Source: a virus. Taken from it: a DNA stretch of 64,000 nt. Made by a program: the position numbers and the translations under genes. The DNA lies in IMG/VR virus record IMGVR_UViG_3300042965_000128, positions 7,234 to 71,233 of that record; one strand, written 5' to 3'. Shown here piece after piece: positions 17,801 through 26,496 of the stretch (positions are counted from its first letter, which is position 1; each line of letters opens with the position of its first letter). Below the pieces are notes generated by a model. The model saw only the letters and a program-made list of their open reading frames with translations, did no database searches and was not told the origin of the DNA.

Positions 17801-18118
17801 ATGTTAAGGCGTGGGCAGAAGAATTTGGAGGAGTTGCATGATTTGTTGTTTGATTCTATATTGGAGATGATTGATGTGTCGAAGCAGATTCAAGCTGATG
17901 CGGAGGAGGTTCGGACTTTGTTTGAGGAGTGTGATGCGATTGCGGAGGATGCGTATAGGAGTGGTGCTTTGACCCGTTCGGAGAGGGACGAGTTATCGTT
18001 TTTCCTTCCGTTTTTGCATGCTGGTGATGTGGCGCGTGAGGGTGGGCAGTTGAACAGGAGTGTTAAGGATGTTTTGCGTAAATTGAATGTTTATATGGAG
18101 CGGCTTAAAAGGAGGTGA
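17801..18118 (+). CDS. helical-hairpin paralog family member
   Basis: RBS AAGGAGGTG; starts MLRRG; turn DAYRSGALTRSERDEL; candidate promoter TTGCAA-18-TAAAAT at 17741-17770. Confidence 0.8.
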   Translation: MLRRGQKNLEELHDLLFDSILEMIDVSKQIQADAEEVRTLFEECDAIAEDAYRSGALTRSERDELSFFLPFLHAGDVAREGGQLNRSVKDVLRKLNVYMERLKRR

Positions 18119-18122
18119 TGGG

Positions 18123-18446
18123 ATGTTGAAAAAGGTTGGTGCTGATGTAGGTCGGGACCTGCGTGAAAAGTTGGATAAACGGGTTTTGCGTGCCGAGGAA
18201 CTTGTTAAGCGGATAGTTGCGAATGTTAAGCGGTTTGCTCGTATTGTGGATGAGTATGTTGCTTTGGTGGAGGATGCGGGTGCTCGTGGGCTTATAAATC
18301 CGGATGATGAGCATTATTTGGGTTCGGCGTTGCTGGTGTATGCGTTGAGGCATTATAGGGAGCTGGAGTGGTTGAGCAGGGAATTGCGTGGTGATGTGGA
18401 GCGGGCGAAGGCTAAGTTAGCGGGATTCTTTGCAGGTAGAGGGTAG
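18123..18446 (+). CDS. helical-hairpin paralog family member
   Basis: start moved to ATG 18123 after AGGAGGTG; MLKKVG; turn DAGARGLINPDDEHYL. Confidence 0.75.
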   Translation: MLKKVGADVGRDLREKLDKRVLRAEELVKRIVANVKRFARIVDEYVALVEDAGARGLINPDDEHYLGSALLVYALRHYRELEWLSRELRGDVERAKAKLAGFFAGRG

Positions 18447-18538
18447 AATTTGCCAGGAATCGGGTTGTGGAGTTATTTGCGGGTTGGATTGAGGAAGTGA
18501 TGGAAGAAATTTGAGTTAATGGGAATCTGGAGGTCAGG

Positions 18539-19123
18539 TTGCGTGGGGTTTGGCTCGGGAGTTTAATTGGTTTATGTTTGTGGTTGTTGTTTTTTGTTTT
18601 GTTTCTGCGGTTTTGTGATGTGTGTTGTAGGGGGCATGATAAGTTAGTTTCTGTGCGGGTGAGTCTGGATGATATTTTGGTGTCGGATGTAGATGATTTT
18701 TTGGATGAGCGTTTGGTTTTGTTGCGGAGTGAGCGTGCGCGTGAGGGTGTGGTTGTATGTGGGAAGTGGCTTGCTGGATATGTTGAGGACCCGATAGGTT
18801 TTGTTCTGAGTATTGCCTGTGTCGAGAGTGATTTGGGGCGTTTGCGTGATGGTCGTGATGGTGAGATAGGGTTGATGCAGTTGAGTCCGTATTGGTTGGA
18901 TCGTTATGGTTTCTTACGGGAGGAGCTTGCGGATGATATGGTTAATGTGTGTTTTGCGGTGGATTTGTTGAGGGAATATTTTGAGCGGTATGGTGATGTT
19001 TTTATGGTGCTGCGGGCATATAATAGGGGTGAGGTCAGGATGTGGAGTGGTCAAAATGAATTGTATCTGAGGAGGTTTTTCGAATGTGCCGAAAGGGTTG
19101 GCTGGCAGAGGAGGGTTGAATAG
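18539..19123 (+). CDS. SLT-type lytic transglycosylase with an N-terminal membrane anchor
   Basis: IACVES (catalytic Glu), GEIGLMQL, AYNRG; hydrophobic N-terminus. Confidence 0.85.
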   Translation: MRGVWLGSLIGLCLWLLFFVLFLRFCDVCCRGHDKLVSVRVSLDDILVSDVDDFLDERLVLLRSERAREGVVVCGKWLAGYVEDPIGFVLSIACVESDLGRLRDGRDGEIGLMQLSPYWLDRYGFLREELADDMVNVCFAVDLLREYFERYGDVFMVLRAYNRGEVRMWSGQNELYLRRFFECAERVGWQRRVE

Positions 19124-19144
19124 TGTTCGGAATTGATTTATTAT
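19116..19144 (+). promoter_or_regulatory. sigma70-like promoter
   Basis: TTGAAT, 17-nt spacer, TATTAT, upstream of 19167. Confidence 0.5.
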
Positions 19145-19166
19145 TAGGTTAAATAAGGAGGTGCTG

Positions 19167-19451
19167 ATGTCTTTGAGAAGGAAAGGTGGGTTGACCATGC
19201 GTGAGAGCGTTAAGTTACTTGAGGAGGCGGCGTGTGCTATTGAGGATGTGGTTGATTTGATAGAGAAGGCGTTGAGGGGAACGCCGCTGTATGATGATGC
19301 GAAGCGGTATTTGATTTCACGTCTGGAGAAGTTGGTGCGCTTGGCTGGTGCTGAGTCCTGGTTGAGCAGAGGATATTATACGATAGAGAGGATGATAAGG
19401 GTTTTTTGGAGGAGTTTGCGGAATAGTTGGTCGTTTATTATAGGAATTTGA
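19167..19451 (+). CDS. small helical protein, possible divergent hairpin-family member
   Basis: RBS AAGGAGGTG; starts MSLRRKG. Confidence 0.65.
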   Translation: MSLRRKGGLTMRESVKLLEEAACAIEDVVDLIEKALRGTPLYDDAKRYLISRLEKLVRLAGAESWLSRGYYTIERMIRVFWRSLRNSWSFIIGI

Positions 19452-19739
19452 GTGGTGGCTGGAATGCGGGTGTTGAAGAACTTTTTTTGGCGGTTGATTG
19501 GTGCGCTGGATGATTATTTGTCATTGAAGGTTCAGTTTTGCGTCGCCTGGATGGTTCTGGTGGTTTTATCTGGCTTCAAAACCGTAGTTGTGGTGATTGC
19601 AGCGATTTTTGGTATTCTTGCCCTTTATATCAGGGAAATTCAAAAACCTGATTCAAATTTAACGAGGATAATAATTGCGTGGTTGACAAAGCAGAATTTT
19701 CTTTCTGGCACAGATGTGCCAAAGAAGAATGAGGAGTAA
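19452..19739 (+). CDS. putative holin
   Basis: two TM segments and a charged C-terminus, beside lysis genes. Confidence 0.5.
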   Translation: MVAGMRVLKNFFWRLIGALDDYLSLKVQFCVAWMVLVVLSGFKTVVVVIAAIFGILALYIREIQKPDSNLTRIIIAWLTKQNFLSGTDVPKKNEE

Positions 19740-20066
19740 TTGGTGTTGTTAAAAATTAAAAAATACTGGTATGTCATCGTTGCGGTTTTGGTTATAGCAG
19801 TTTTTATTGTATTGAGGGTCGGCGTTGATAAGCAGAAACTTTTTTCAATTATCCAGAAAATTTTGAAAAAGCGGGATGAGATTGATAAGGAAATTAAGGT
19901 TCGTGAGGAGTTAAAAGAGAAGAATATCAAAAAGATTGATGCGGAATATGAAAAGAGGAAGACGGAGATTGAGAAGAGAGTTGAGAAGGAATTTCAGGAA
20001 GCGAAGGAGAGAGGATTGCTTGATGAACTGGCAATACGATTATTTGGTAATAAAAATAATAAATAG
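19740..20066 (+). CDS. membrane-anchored coiled-coil protein (i-spanin-like)
   Basis: N-terminal TM followed by a K/E coiled coil. Confidence 0.5.
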   Translation: MVLLKIKKYWYVIVAVLVIAVFIVLRVGVDKQKLFSIIQKILKKRDEIDKEIKVREELKEKNIKKIDAEYEKRKTEIEKRVEKEFQEAKERGLLDELAIRLFGNKNNK

Positions 20067-20077
20067 GAGGTGTTGAA

Positions 20078-20872
20078 GTGGCGTATTTAAGATTTGAGGA
20101 AGCCGATATTGAATATGTAGCAAGGAAATTGAAGATGGATGAAAGGGATGTTGAAAATCTGCTGGACAGCATGGAAGAATTTTCTACATATCAGGATATA
20201 GATGAAGTGCTTGAAATATTGGTATCACCACCGACAAAATGGGAGGATTTTGTTGAAGAACTGGATCTTTATGATTGGACGATAGCGGGATGGGCAGAAG
20301 AGGAGTTAAGAAGAAAGTCGGTGTATTATAAAGAAGAAGAGATAGTTGTGATAAGATACACGCCAAGCGAAATAGCGGATTGGAAGGGTGTGCATTGGAT
20401 TGGTGATGTTCCTGATGGGGTAATTTATTATTGGGAAACTGTGTTTGTCAAGTTAGATGAAATAGGTGATTTGTATGTAGTGTTTAGTTACGATGAGAAG
20501 CGGGATGAATATAGTTCTGTGTGGTGGACAGCGAGTAAGGAAGAGGCGATACGAAGGGCTAAAATAATAGAAAAAGAGGAGAGTAAGAAGGCGAGGGTAG
20601 ATTTAAAAGTGGTAGAGGAGGCTTTAGATACATTGTGGGTTATTTTTACCGATATAGGTCAGAGAGAAGGTTATATAAAACGGAAGGATGGAATAAAGGG
20701 TGGATGGGAATTTACGAGAGAGTTGACGGCGGATGAAATGAATAGTTGGGAGGAAAGAGCATGGTGGGAATTCACAAGTAAATTTGGGTGGTTTTATAAG
20801 TTGAATGCTGAAGAGGAAGAAAAGTTGTGGGAATTGTTTATGGAAAGAATAGCTGATGAGATTGAAATTTAG
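20078..20872 (+). CDS. acidic Trp-rich hypothetical protein
   Basis: RBS AGGAGGTG; strongly E/D-rich 264 aa. Confidence 0.7.
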   Translation: MAYLRFEEADIEYVARKLKMDERDVENLLDSMEEFSTYQDIDEVLEILVSPPTKWEDFVEELDLYDWTIAGWAEEELRRKSVYYKEEEIVVIRYTPSEIADWKGVHWIGDVPDGVIYYWETVFVKLDEIGDLYVVFSYDEKRDEYSSVWWTASKEEAIRRAKIIEKEESKKARVDLKVVEEALDTLWVIFTDIGQREGYIKRKDGIKGGWEFTRELTADEMNSWEERAWWEFTSKFGWFYKLNAEEEEKLWELFMERIADEIEI

Positions 20873-21326
20873 TGAAGTTAAAGAGGCGTTGAAAAGGAAC
20901 TTTAGGATTAGAAATCTTTTTGGTTGGATACTCATTTTTTGTTTGATGCGGGGGCATTTTGTTTTTGCGGGTGATGAAACCTCGGGTATAATCCCTGTTA
21001 AGAAAGGTCAGTCGTTGATTGTTCCGTGGGAGGGGCGACTGGTCAGGCAGGATATCTACGAAAATATGGTGAAATGTGGGCTTGAATTACAAGCTGAAAA
21101 GGAGAAGTGTAAACTTGATTTAGAGAAATCCGAGAAGATTTGTGAAGAAGAATTGAAGACGAAAGATGACATTTGTAATTTGAGGGTGGACGCCGTGAAA
21201 TATGAGAGGGATTTACTCTTGAAATACACTTCTAAAAGGTGGTATGAAAACTGGTTCATACAATTGATTTTTATGGGAGCGTTGACGATAGGTATTGTTT
21301 GGGGCGTTTCTTATGCTTATAGATAA
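20856..21326 (+). CDS. signal peptide + coiled coil + C-terminal TM protein (spanin-like)
   Basis: hydrophobic N-terminal signal, Cys-containing coiled coil, KRWYENW then a TM segment. Confidence 0.5.
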   Translation: MRLKFSEVKEALKRNFRIRNLFGWILIFCLMRGHFVFAGDETSGIIPVKKGQSLIVPWEGRLVRQDIYENMVKCGLELQAEKEKCKLDLEKSEKICEEELKTKDDICNLRVDAVKYERDLLLKYTSKRWYENWFIQLIFMGALTIGIVWGVSYAYR

Positions 21327-21353
21327 TTTAACAATTAAAAAGGAGATGTTGAA

Positions 21354-21611
21354 ATGGCAAAGATATATGTCAAAAAGATGGATGAGTTAGTAGGCGAGGC
21401 GTTGTTTGAGGTGGATAATGTGTCCACCTTGGTGGAAAAAATGGAAGAAGAGACAAGAGAAGCCGGTGAGGTTTATGGCGTATTACCGCCGTGGGAAAGG
21501 AATGAAATTATGGAAAATATTAGAAGAGCGAAGAGATTGACGACGGAGTTATATGATACGATTAAGAGGATAACTCCTCATCTTACAAGCATTTTGAAAC
21601 GAACGCTATGA
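21354..21611 (+). CDS. helical-hairpin paralog family member
   Basis: turn AGEVYGVLPPWERNEI. Confidence 0.7.
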   Translation: MAKIYVKKMDELVGEALFEVDNVSTLVEKMEEETREAGEVYGVLPPWERNEIMENIRRAKRLTTELYDTIKRITPHLTSILKRTL

Positions 21612-21614
21612 AAT

Positions 21615-21643
21615 TTGATGTGAGTAACAAAATATACTATAAT
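21615..21643 (+). promoter_or_regulatory. sigma70-like promoter
   Basis: TTGATG, 17-nt spacer, TATAAT; RBS AGGAGGTG at 21651-21658. Confidence 0.65.
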
Positions 21644-21662
21644 ATGAAACAGGAGGTGTAAA

Positions 21663-21773
21663 ATGAAAGGTGTAGTAGATTATTACGATGACAGAGAAGG
21701 TAAGGTTAAGGCAATGAAGATAGAGCTGAAGTTTGGGAGTTGGTGGGATGAGGACACAGGTTGGTTAAGATGA
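21663..21773 (+). CDS. 36-aa small protein (not in the ORF track)
   Basis: MKGVVDYYDDREGKVKAMKIELKFGSWWDEDTGWLR with its own promoter and RBS. Confidence 0.6.
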   Translation: MKGVVDYYDDREGKVKAMKIELKFGSWWDEDTGWLR

Positions 21774-21779
21774 GGCAGT

Positions 21780-21808
21780 TTGAAATTTGGGACAAAAAGT
21801 GTTATATT
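21780..21808 (+). promoter_or_regulatory. sigma70-like promoter
   Basis: TTGAAA, 17-nt spacer, TG-T-TATATT; RBS AGGAGGT follows. Confidence 0.6.
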
Positions 21809-21825
21809 GAAATAGGAGGTTAAAG

Positions 21826-22107
21826 ATGACGACCGAGACGATAGTGCAGATTATTGTAACAGCAATTCTTTCAGTTATTTTGATAGGTTTGTTAGGTTAT
21901 TTTTTTAGGCGGATAAACGGGATTTTAGAGAGGAAGATAAATGTGCTTGAGAAGACGATTGAGAAGTTGAGTGAATCGGTTGCGAAGATGGAGAGTGACA
22001 TAAAGTTGCTTTTCTTCAGTGTGCGGACGATTGACAAACTTTCGGAAACAATTGATGATATTAAGGATAGGGTATCAAGGTTGGAGGGTAGGTATGAGAA
22101 AAAGTGA
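21826..22107 (+). CDS. single-TM coiled-coil protein (holin/antiholin-like)
   Basis: N-terminal TM; coiled coil ending RVSRLEG. Confidence 0.6.
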   Translation: MTTETIVQIIVTAILSVILIGLLGYFFRRINGILERKINVLEKTIEKLSESVAKMESDIKLLFFSVRTIDKLSETIDDIKDRVSRLEGRYEKK

Positions 22108-22336
22108 TGGTGAGTCAAGAGAAAGGATACAGCCTCAGACGGATGAGGAGATAATTGCGGTGCTTGAGGCGGAGGCGAACAGGTTGATTGAGGAGAATGA
22201 AGATATGACGGATACGAAGGTTCAGTTTGTCAGGAAGCATGTGAAGATGTTGAAGGATGCGATAGAGATTAAGCAGGCGATTGAGCGGATTGAGAAGAAG
22301 TTAGAGGAGAAGGATCGTATTAAGGTTCGGAAGTAG
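22094..22336 (+). CDS. small charged helical protein
   Basis: start moved from 22019 to ATG 22094 after GGAGGG. Confidence 0.55.
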   Translation: MRKSDGESRERIQPQTDEEIIAVLEAEANRLIEENEDMTDTKVQFVRKHVKMLKDAIEIKQAIERIEKKLEEKDRIKVRK

Positions 22337-22354
22337 GGGCAGGTTATTGGTGAG

Positions 22355-22954
22355 ATGAGGCGGTTGTATCGTGGCGAGATAGGGGATGCTATTAAGCGTT
22401 TAGGTCAGTTGGTTGAATATGTGGCGGATGATGTGGATTTGGTTCGTGATTTTTCGCATTGTTTAGAGGAGGTTATTAGGTGTTTGGAGGGTAAGGTTCT
22501 TCCTCGTATCAAGTTTGGGGATAGTGTGATAGAGGAGATGGGTGGTAATCCTCGTCGGTTTGCGCGGCATTTTATGGAATTTTGGTGGAGTGCGGTTGTG
22601 GTTCTTTTTTGTTTGATGGGTCTGAGGCGGTCGATATCTTCGGAGCGTGCGTTGGGTGAGTTCAGGCGGTTGTGGCGTCGGTGGAAGTTATTTATGGATG
22701 ATGTTGGTGAGCGTTTCAGGTGGAGTGTGGGGTTGTATTGGGGGAAAGAGCGGATTAGGGCGAGGACGCTGGGTGAGTTTATAGACAGGTATCCCTTTAA
22801 GCATTTGTGGAAGGATGAGTGGGGGAGGGGTTCGGGTTGTGTGATATGTGCTTATGAGTTTGTTCCGAAGGAGAGGGTTTTTCCCTTGCTTGATTTTACG
22901 ACATATATGGAGATGCTGAATTCTTTGCGTAATGGAGGGGGATTTGAATCTTAG
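22355..22954 (+). CDS. hypothetical protein, paralog of the C-terminal domain of the 22932 ORF
   Basis: C..EV..CL, GGNP..FA..F..FW, YP..HLW and CxxC shared. Confidence 0.7.
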   Translation: MRRLYRGEIGDAIKRLGQLVEYVADDVDLVRDFSHCLEEVIRCLEGKVLPRIKFGDSVIEEMGGNPRRFARHFMEFWWSAVVVLFCLMGLRRSISSERALGEFRRLWRRWKLFMDDVGERFRWSVGLYWGKERIRARTLGEFIDRYPFKHLWKDEWGRGSGCVICAYEFVPKERVFPLLDFTTYMEMLNSLRNGGGFES

Positions 22955-24191
22955 GCGTTTAGTGTTTGATGTTTATGTTCTTGAGTATATAAGGCGATTT
23001 GATAAAAAGGCGGACTATTTATTTAGGGAGAAGTTATGGGAGCTTGTGGATGTGGTTTTGCGTATGGTTGTGGATGCGGTTTTAGAGGAGGCGCGGTATT
23101 TGTTGGATGCGCCTGGTGTGCGTGGTAAGGCGGCGCTAAAATCTGATTTGAACAGGCTTTTTGAGTTAGAGGAGGTTGATAGGTTAGATGAATTTTTTGC
23201 GCTGGCTAAGGATGTTGCGAGGCGTGCTCGTGAGGCGGGAATGCTTTATTTTTCGCATGGCTGGGAGGGGGTGGTTGACAAGGCGTTAGAGCTTTTGCGG
23301 ACGAGTGATTCGTCTACGGCTATGATTTTGGTGGATCAGATTAAGGATATAGCGCATCTGACGGGTATGGTTTTGCCTGAATTGTCGAGGGTAGTGAAGG
23401 AGATGGAGGGTAAGCGGATAGGTGAGATTGTGAGGGATTGCTCGGATGAGGTCAAACGCATTTATGATAAATTGCGATTGGTTTTTCCGGAGGTTCGTGT
23501 AGCGCAGTTGAGGATTGAGAAACCTTCTGATTTTGGTAGGGAGGAGGAGCGGGTGATACCTGGTGTTAAGCCTATGAGGTTGGTGGATATTAAGAAGTGT
23601 ATAATGGAGGTTACGAGTTGTTTAGATAGTTTGCTGCCGGCTTCGAGATTTGAATTAAGCAGGAGTGAGGATGAGGGTGGTAATCCTACGGAGTTTGCGG
23701 GTATATTTACGCATTTTTGGTATTGTTGTAATGCGGTTTTGACTTTGTTTGAGGAAATAAGTTTCAAGCCTGGGATGTTGAGTGCGGTTGATGCAGGTGC
23801 GTTTCGTGATGCGGTTGTGCGTTACTGGGAACATTTTTTGGAGGAGCGAATAAGGAATTTTGATTCGAAGATTAGGGTTTTGTGGGCGCGGTGGCAGGTA
23901 GATGGTAGGAGGATTACGGATTTTGCGAGTTTTTTGAGGAATTATCCGTATAGTCATTTGTGGGATTGGGTTAAGGCGGCTGCTGAGTCGCGGTGTTGTG
24001 ATTGTGTGAAGGAGATGTTGCGTGTGCCTGTGAGGCGTGATATGGATTTGGATCGTTATAGGGACAGGTTAAGGAGGGTTTTTGCGGTTTTAACGGTGCT
24101 TAAGAAGGGTCCGCGTGTGGTAGGTGAGGTTTTGCAGCGGTTGGCGTTTGTTGAGTTCGCTTTAGGTTCAGGTTATGTTGAGGCGGACTAA
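22932..24191 (+). CDS. two-domain hypothetical protein
   Basis: helical N-domain, linker PEVRVAQ, Cys-rich C-domain paralogous to the 22355 ORF. Confidence 0.7.
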   Translation: MEGDLNLRRLVFDVYVLEYIRRFDKKADYLFREKLWELVDVVLRMVVDAVLEEARYLLDAPGVRGKAALKSDLNRLFELEEVDRLDEFFALAKDVARRAREAGMLYFSHGWEGVVDKALELLRTSDSSTAMILVDQIKDIAHLTGMVLPELSRVVKEMEGKRIGEIVRDCSDEVKRIYDKLRLVFPEVRVAQLRIEKPSDFGREEERVIPGVKPMRLVDIKKCIMEVTSCLDSLLPASRFELSRSEDEGGNPTEFAGIFTHFWYCCNAVLTLFEEISFKPGMLSAVDAGAFRDAVVRYWEHFLEERIRNFDSKIRVLWARWQVDGRRITDFASFLRNYPYSHLWDWVKAAAESRCCDCVKEMLRVPVRRDMDLDRYRDRLRRVFAVLTVLKKGPRVVGEVLQRLAFVEFALGSGYVEAD

Positions 24192-25008
24192 GAAGTTTTT
24201 GAATGAGGTTTTGGTTCCTCTGGAGGAGGGTGATAGGGGTTTATTTGTGATCCAGCATCATTGGGCTACGCAGGAGCATTGGGATTTGCGGTTGGAGTGG
24301 CCTGTTGCTGAGGGTGTTGATATTAATGAGGTTTTGGTGAAGGAGTGGGAGGGGAAGGCGGTTGATGAGGGTGATGTATTGACGAGGGTGAAGCGTAGGG
24401 TTTTGCGTAGTTGGGCGATACCGAAGCATCGTTTGCCGAGGAGGGTTGGTGAGCGGTTGATGATGTCTGAGACTGAGTTGCATCCCTGGGAGTATAAGGA
24501 TTTTGAGGGTGAGATACCTGAGGGTAAGTATGGTGCGGGTGTTGTTGAGATATATGATTCTGGGGAGTATGAGGTGCTTGATTATAAGCCTGATGAGGAT
24601 CGTTTGGTTGTTTATTTGAGGGGTGACAGGATTGATGATGTATTTGCGTTTGTGCCCGCGTTTAGGGGGGAGGGGAAAGGGAATCAGTGGTTGGTGATAA
24701 AGGTTGATAAGCGTAAGTGGCTTAGTAGGGAGGCTTCGGTGGTTGTGGCGGTGCATGGTTTGGCTGGTAGTTTGTTGCGTCGTGCGATACGTAAGGATTG
24801 GACGAGGGAGGGTCTTGAAGAGTTATCGGATAAGGAGTTGCAGATGGATCATTTTTTGTGTCATGTTGGTGTGCGTGCGATTAGGGAGGGTTCTGGTTTT
24901 GGTGATTGGACGATAAAGGAGCTGAAGGAATTGCATGATGCGCTGGTGGAGGAGGCTGCGAGGAGGGAGTTGGATTGGGGTTTAGAACATGAAACACCTT
25001 TAGAGTAG
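24175..25008 (+). CDS. LigD-type 3'-phosphoesterase domain + small His-rich C-terminal domain
   Basis: FVIQHH, HWDLRLE, LRSWAIPK, HPWEYKDFEGEIPEGKYGAG.V.IYDSGEY. Confidence 0.85.
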   Translation: MLRRTKKFLNEVLVPLEEGDRGLFVIQHHWATQEHWDLRLEWPVAEGVDINEVLVKEWEGKAVDEGDVLTRVKRRVLRSWAIPKHRLPRRVGERLMMSETELHPWEYKDFEGEIPEGKYGAGVVEIYDSGEYEVLDYKPDEDRLVVYLRGDRIDDVFAFVPAFRGEGKGNQWLVIKVDKRKWLSREASVVVAVHGLAGSLLRRAIRKDWTREGLEELSDKELQMDHFLCHVGVRAIREGSGFGDWTIKELKELHDALVEEAARRELDWGLEHETPLE

Positions 25009-25012
25009 GAAT

Positions 25013-25951
25013 ATGCGTGGAATTTATTTAGTTAAGCCGCATGGGACGTGGTTGATGGAAGGTTATAAGACGCATGTTATTAAGAAGAAGTATTTTCCTA
25101 ATATGGTTGGGGTACCACTTGTTTTGGTTGAGGGAGACAAGGCGTTGGGTGTTATAATTCTTGAGGAGCCTGAGGAGATTGAGGGTTGGGAGGGGTTTAG
25201 GCGTACGCGGGAGTTGCACAGGGTATCGGATGAGGAGGCGGTGAGGTGGTGGGGTGATTTTGATGTGTTGTATTTGTATCCTGTTAGGCGTGTGTTGCGG
25301 TATAAGGAGCCGAGGTCGGTTGAGGTGCCTGTGGGTGTTCAGACTTTTATAAGGGATGTGGTTTTCAAGGAATCTGGTGGTTATTGTTATCCGTCGTGGT
25401 TTGAGCGTATTGGTGATTCTGGTGCTGATGCTGTGGAGGAGGTGCGTAGGGTGATAAAGGAGGTGATGGATTATGGTGAGTGGGAGAAGTATTTTGAGCG
25501 GTTGAGGAGTGTTATTGAGAGAGGTAAGCGGTTGAGGAGTGAGGCGGAGGTGTATTCTTTGATGGATTTGTATAATGATTATGAGGGTGAGGGGCTTGTG
25601 TGTGTTGATGTAGATGGGACGATTTTTAAAAGAGCGGAATTTCCTTATGTGGGTGAGTTGATGGAGGGTGCGCGTGAGGCGTTGAGTGAGTTGCGCAGGA
25701 GGGGTTATAAGATAGTGATTTGGAGTGGGCGGAATAGTTCGTTGGTGAATACGCCTTTGTTGCGGAGTATATCTTTGAATCTGGTGAAGGTTGCGTTGGA
25801 TGTGAATGGTGTTGAGTATGATGCGATTGATTATGGTGAGGCTGGAAAGATACCTTGTGAGATTTATATTGATGACAGGGCGATTGGTTTTAGGGGAGAT
25901 TGGCGTGCGGTTTTGGAAGAGGTTGAGAGGCTTGAAAAGCTGTCAATATGA
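25013..25951 (+). CDS. ASCH-like domain + HAD-family phosphatase fusion
   Basis: GIYLVKPH...GYKT (ASCH-like); VDVDGTI, IWSGR, KIP..IYIDD (HAD motifs I-IV). Confidence 0.75.
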   Translation: MRGIYLVKPHGTWLMEGYKTHVIKKKYFPNMVGVPLVLVEGDKALGVIILEEPEEIEGWEGFRRTRELHRVSDEEAVRWWGDFDVLYLYPVRRVLRYKEPRSVEVPVGVQTFIRDVVFKESGGYCYPSWFERIGDSGADAVEEVRRVIKEVMDYGEWEKYFERLRSVIERGKRLRSEAEVYSLMDLYNDYEGEGLVCVDVDGTIFKRAEFPYVGELMEGAREALSELRRRGYKIVIWSGRNSSLVNTPLLRSISLNLVKVALDVNGVEYDAIDYGEAGKIPCEIYIDDRAIGFRGDWRAVLEEVERLEKLSI

Positions 25952-25960
25952 TGGTAGAAT
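25932..25960 (+). promoter_or_regulatory. sigma70-like promoter
   Basis: TTGAAA, 17-nt spacer, TG-G-TAGAAT. Confidence 0.65.
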
Positions 25961-26000
25961 TTGGTGAAATGAGATTTGGAAAATTTTAGGAGGTTTTGAG

Positions 26001-26333
26001 ATGAGGGTAATAAACAGGTCGCCTATGGTTTTGATGGTTGTGAGTAAGGGTGTTACGGTGGCGGTGTATCCCGGTCAGGAGATTGAGATAGATATGCCGC
26101 ACCCGCATAATCAGCGATTGCTTCAGGGTGGGTTGATCAGGGAGGTGGTGCGTGTATCTGATGTTCCGGTGAGTGTGGAGAAGGGGAAGGAGGTGGGTAG
26201 TGATGGGGCAGGTGGATGGGTTAGTGAGAAGGGGGTTTCGGTTGAGGTGAAGGAAGAAGCGGGTGAGGTTAAGGAGGAGGCAGTTGAAGTTGGGGTGAGT
26301 GAGCCGAGAAAGCGGAGAAGGAAGCGAGGATGA
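26001..26333 (+). CDS. small protein with a low-complexity E/K tail ending RKRRKRG
   Basis: RBS AGGAGG; promoter upstream. Confidence 0.7.
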   Translation: MRVINRSPMVLMVVSKGVTVAVYPGQEIEIDMPHPHNQRLLQGGLIREVVRVSDVPVSVEKGKEVGSDGAGGWVSEKGVSVEVKEEAGEVKEEAVEVGVSEPRKRRRKRG

Positions 26334-26496
26334 TGGTCTAATCTATGCTCTATTAAGATTAAGTGGCTCTGAATTTTGACCGTACACACCTTTATAAACT
26401 GGAATTTATGATCTCGCACGTTTGGAGATGGAGATATAGATTGAGTACACTCGTGGTTGGTGTTGAAGAGGTTTGTTTGTTAGAGCAGGGTGGTTG

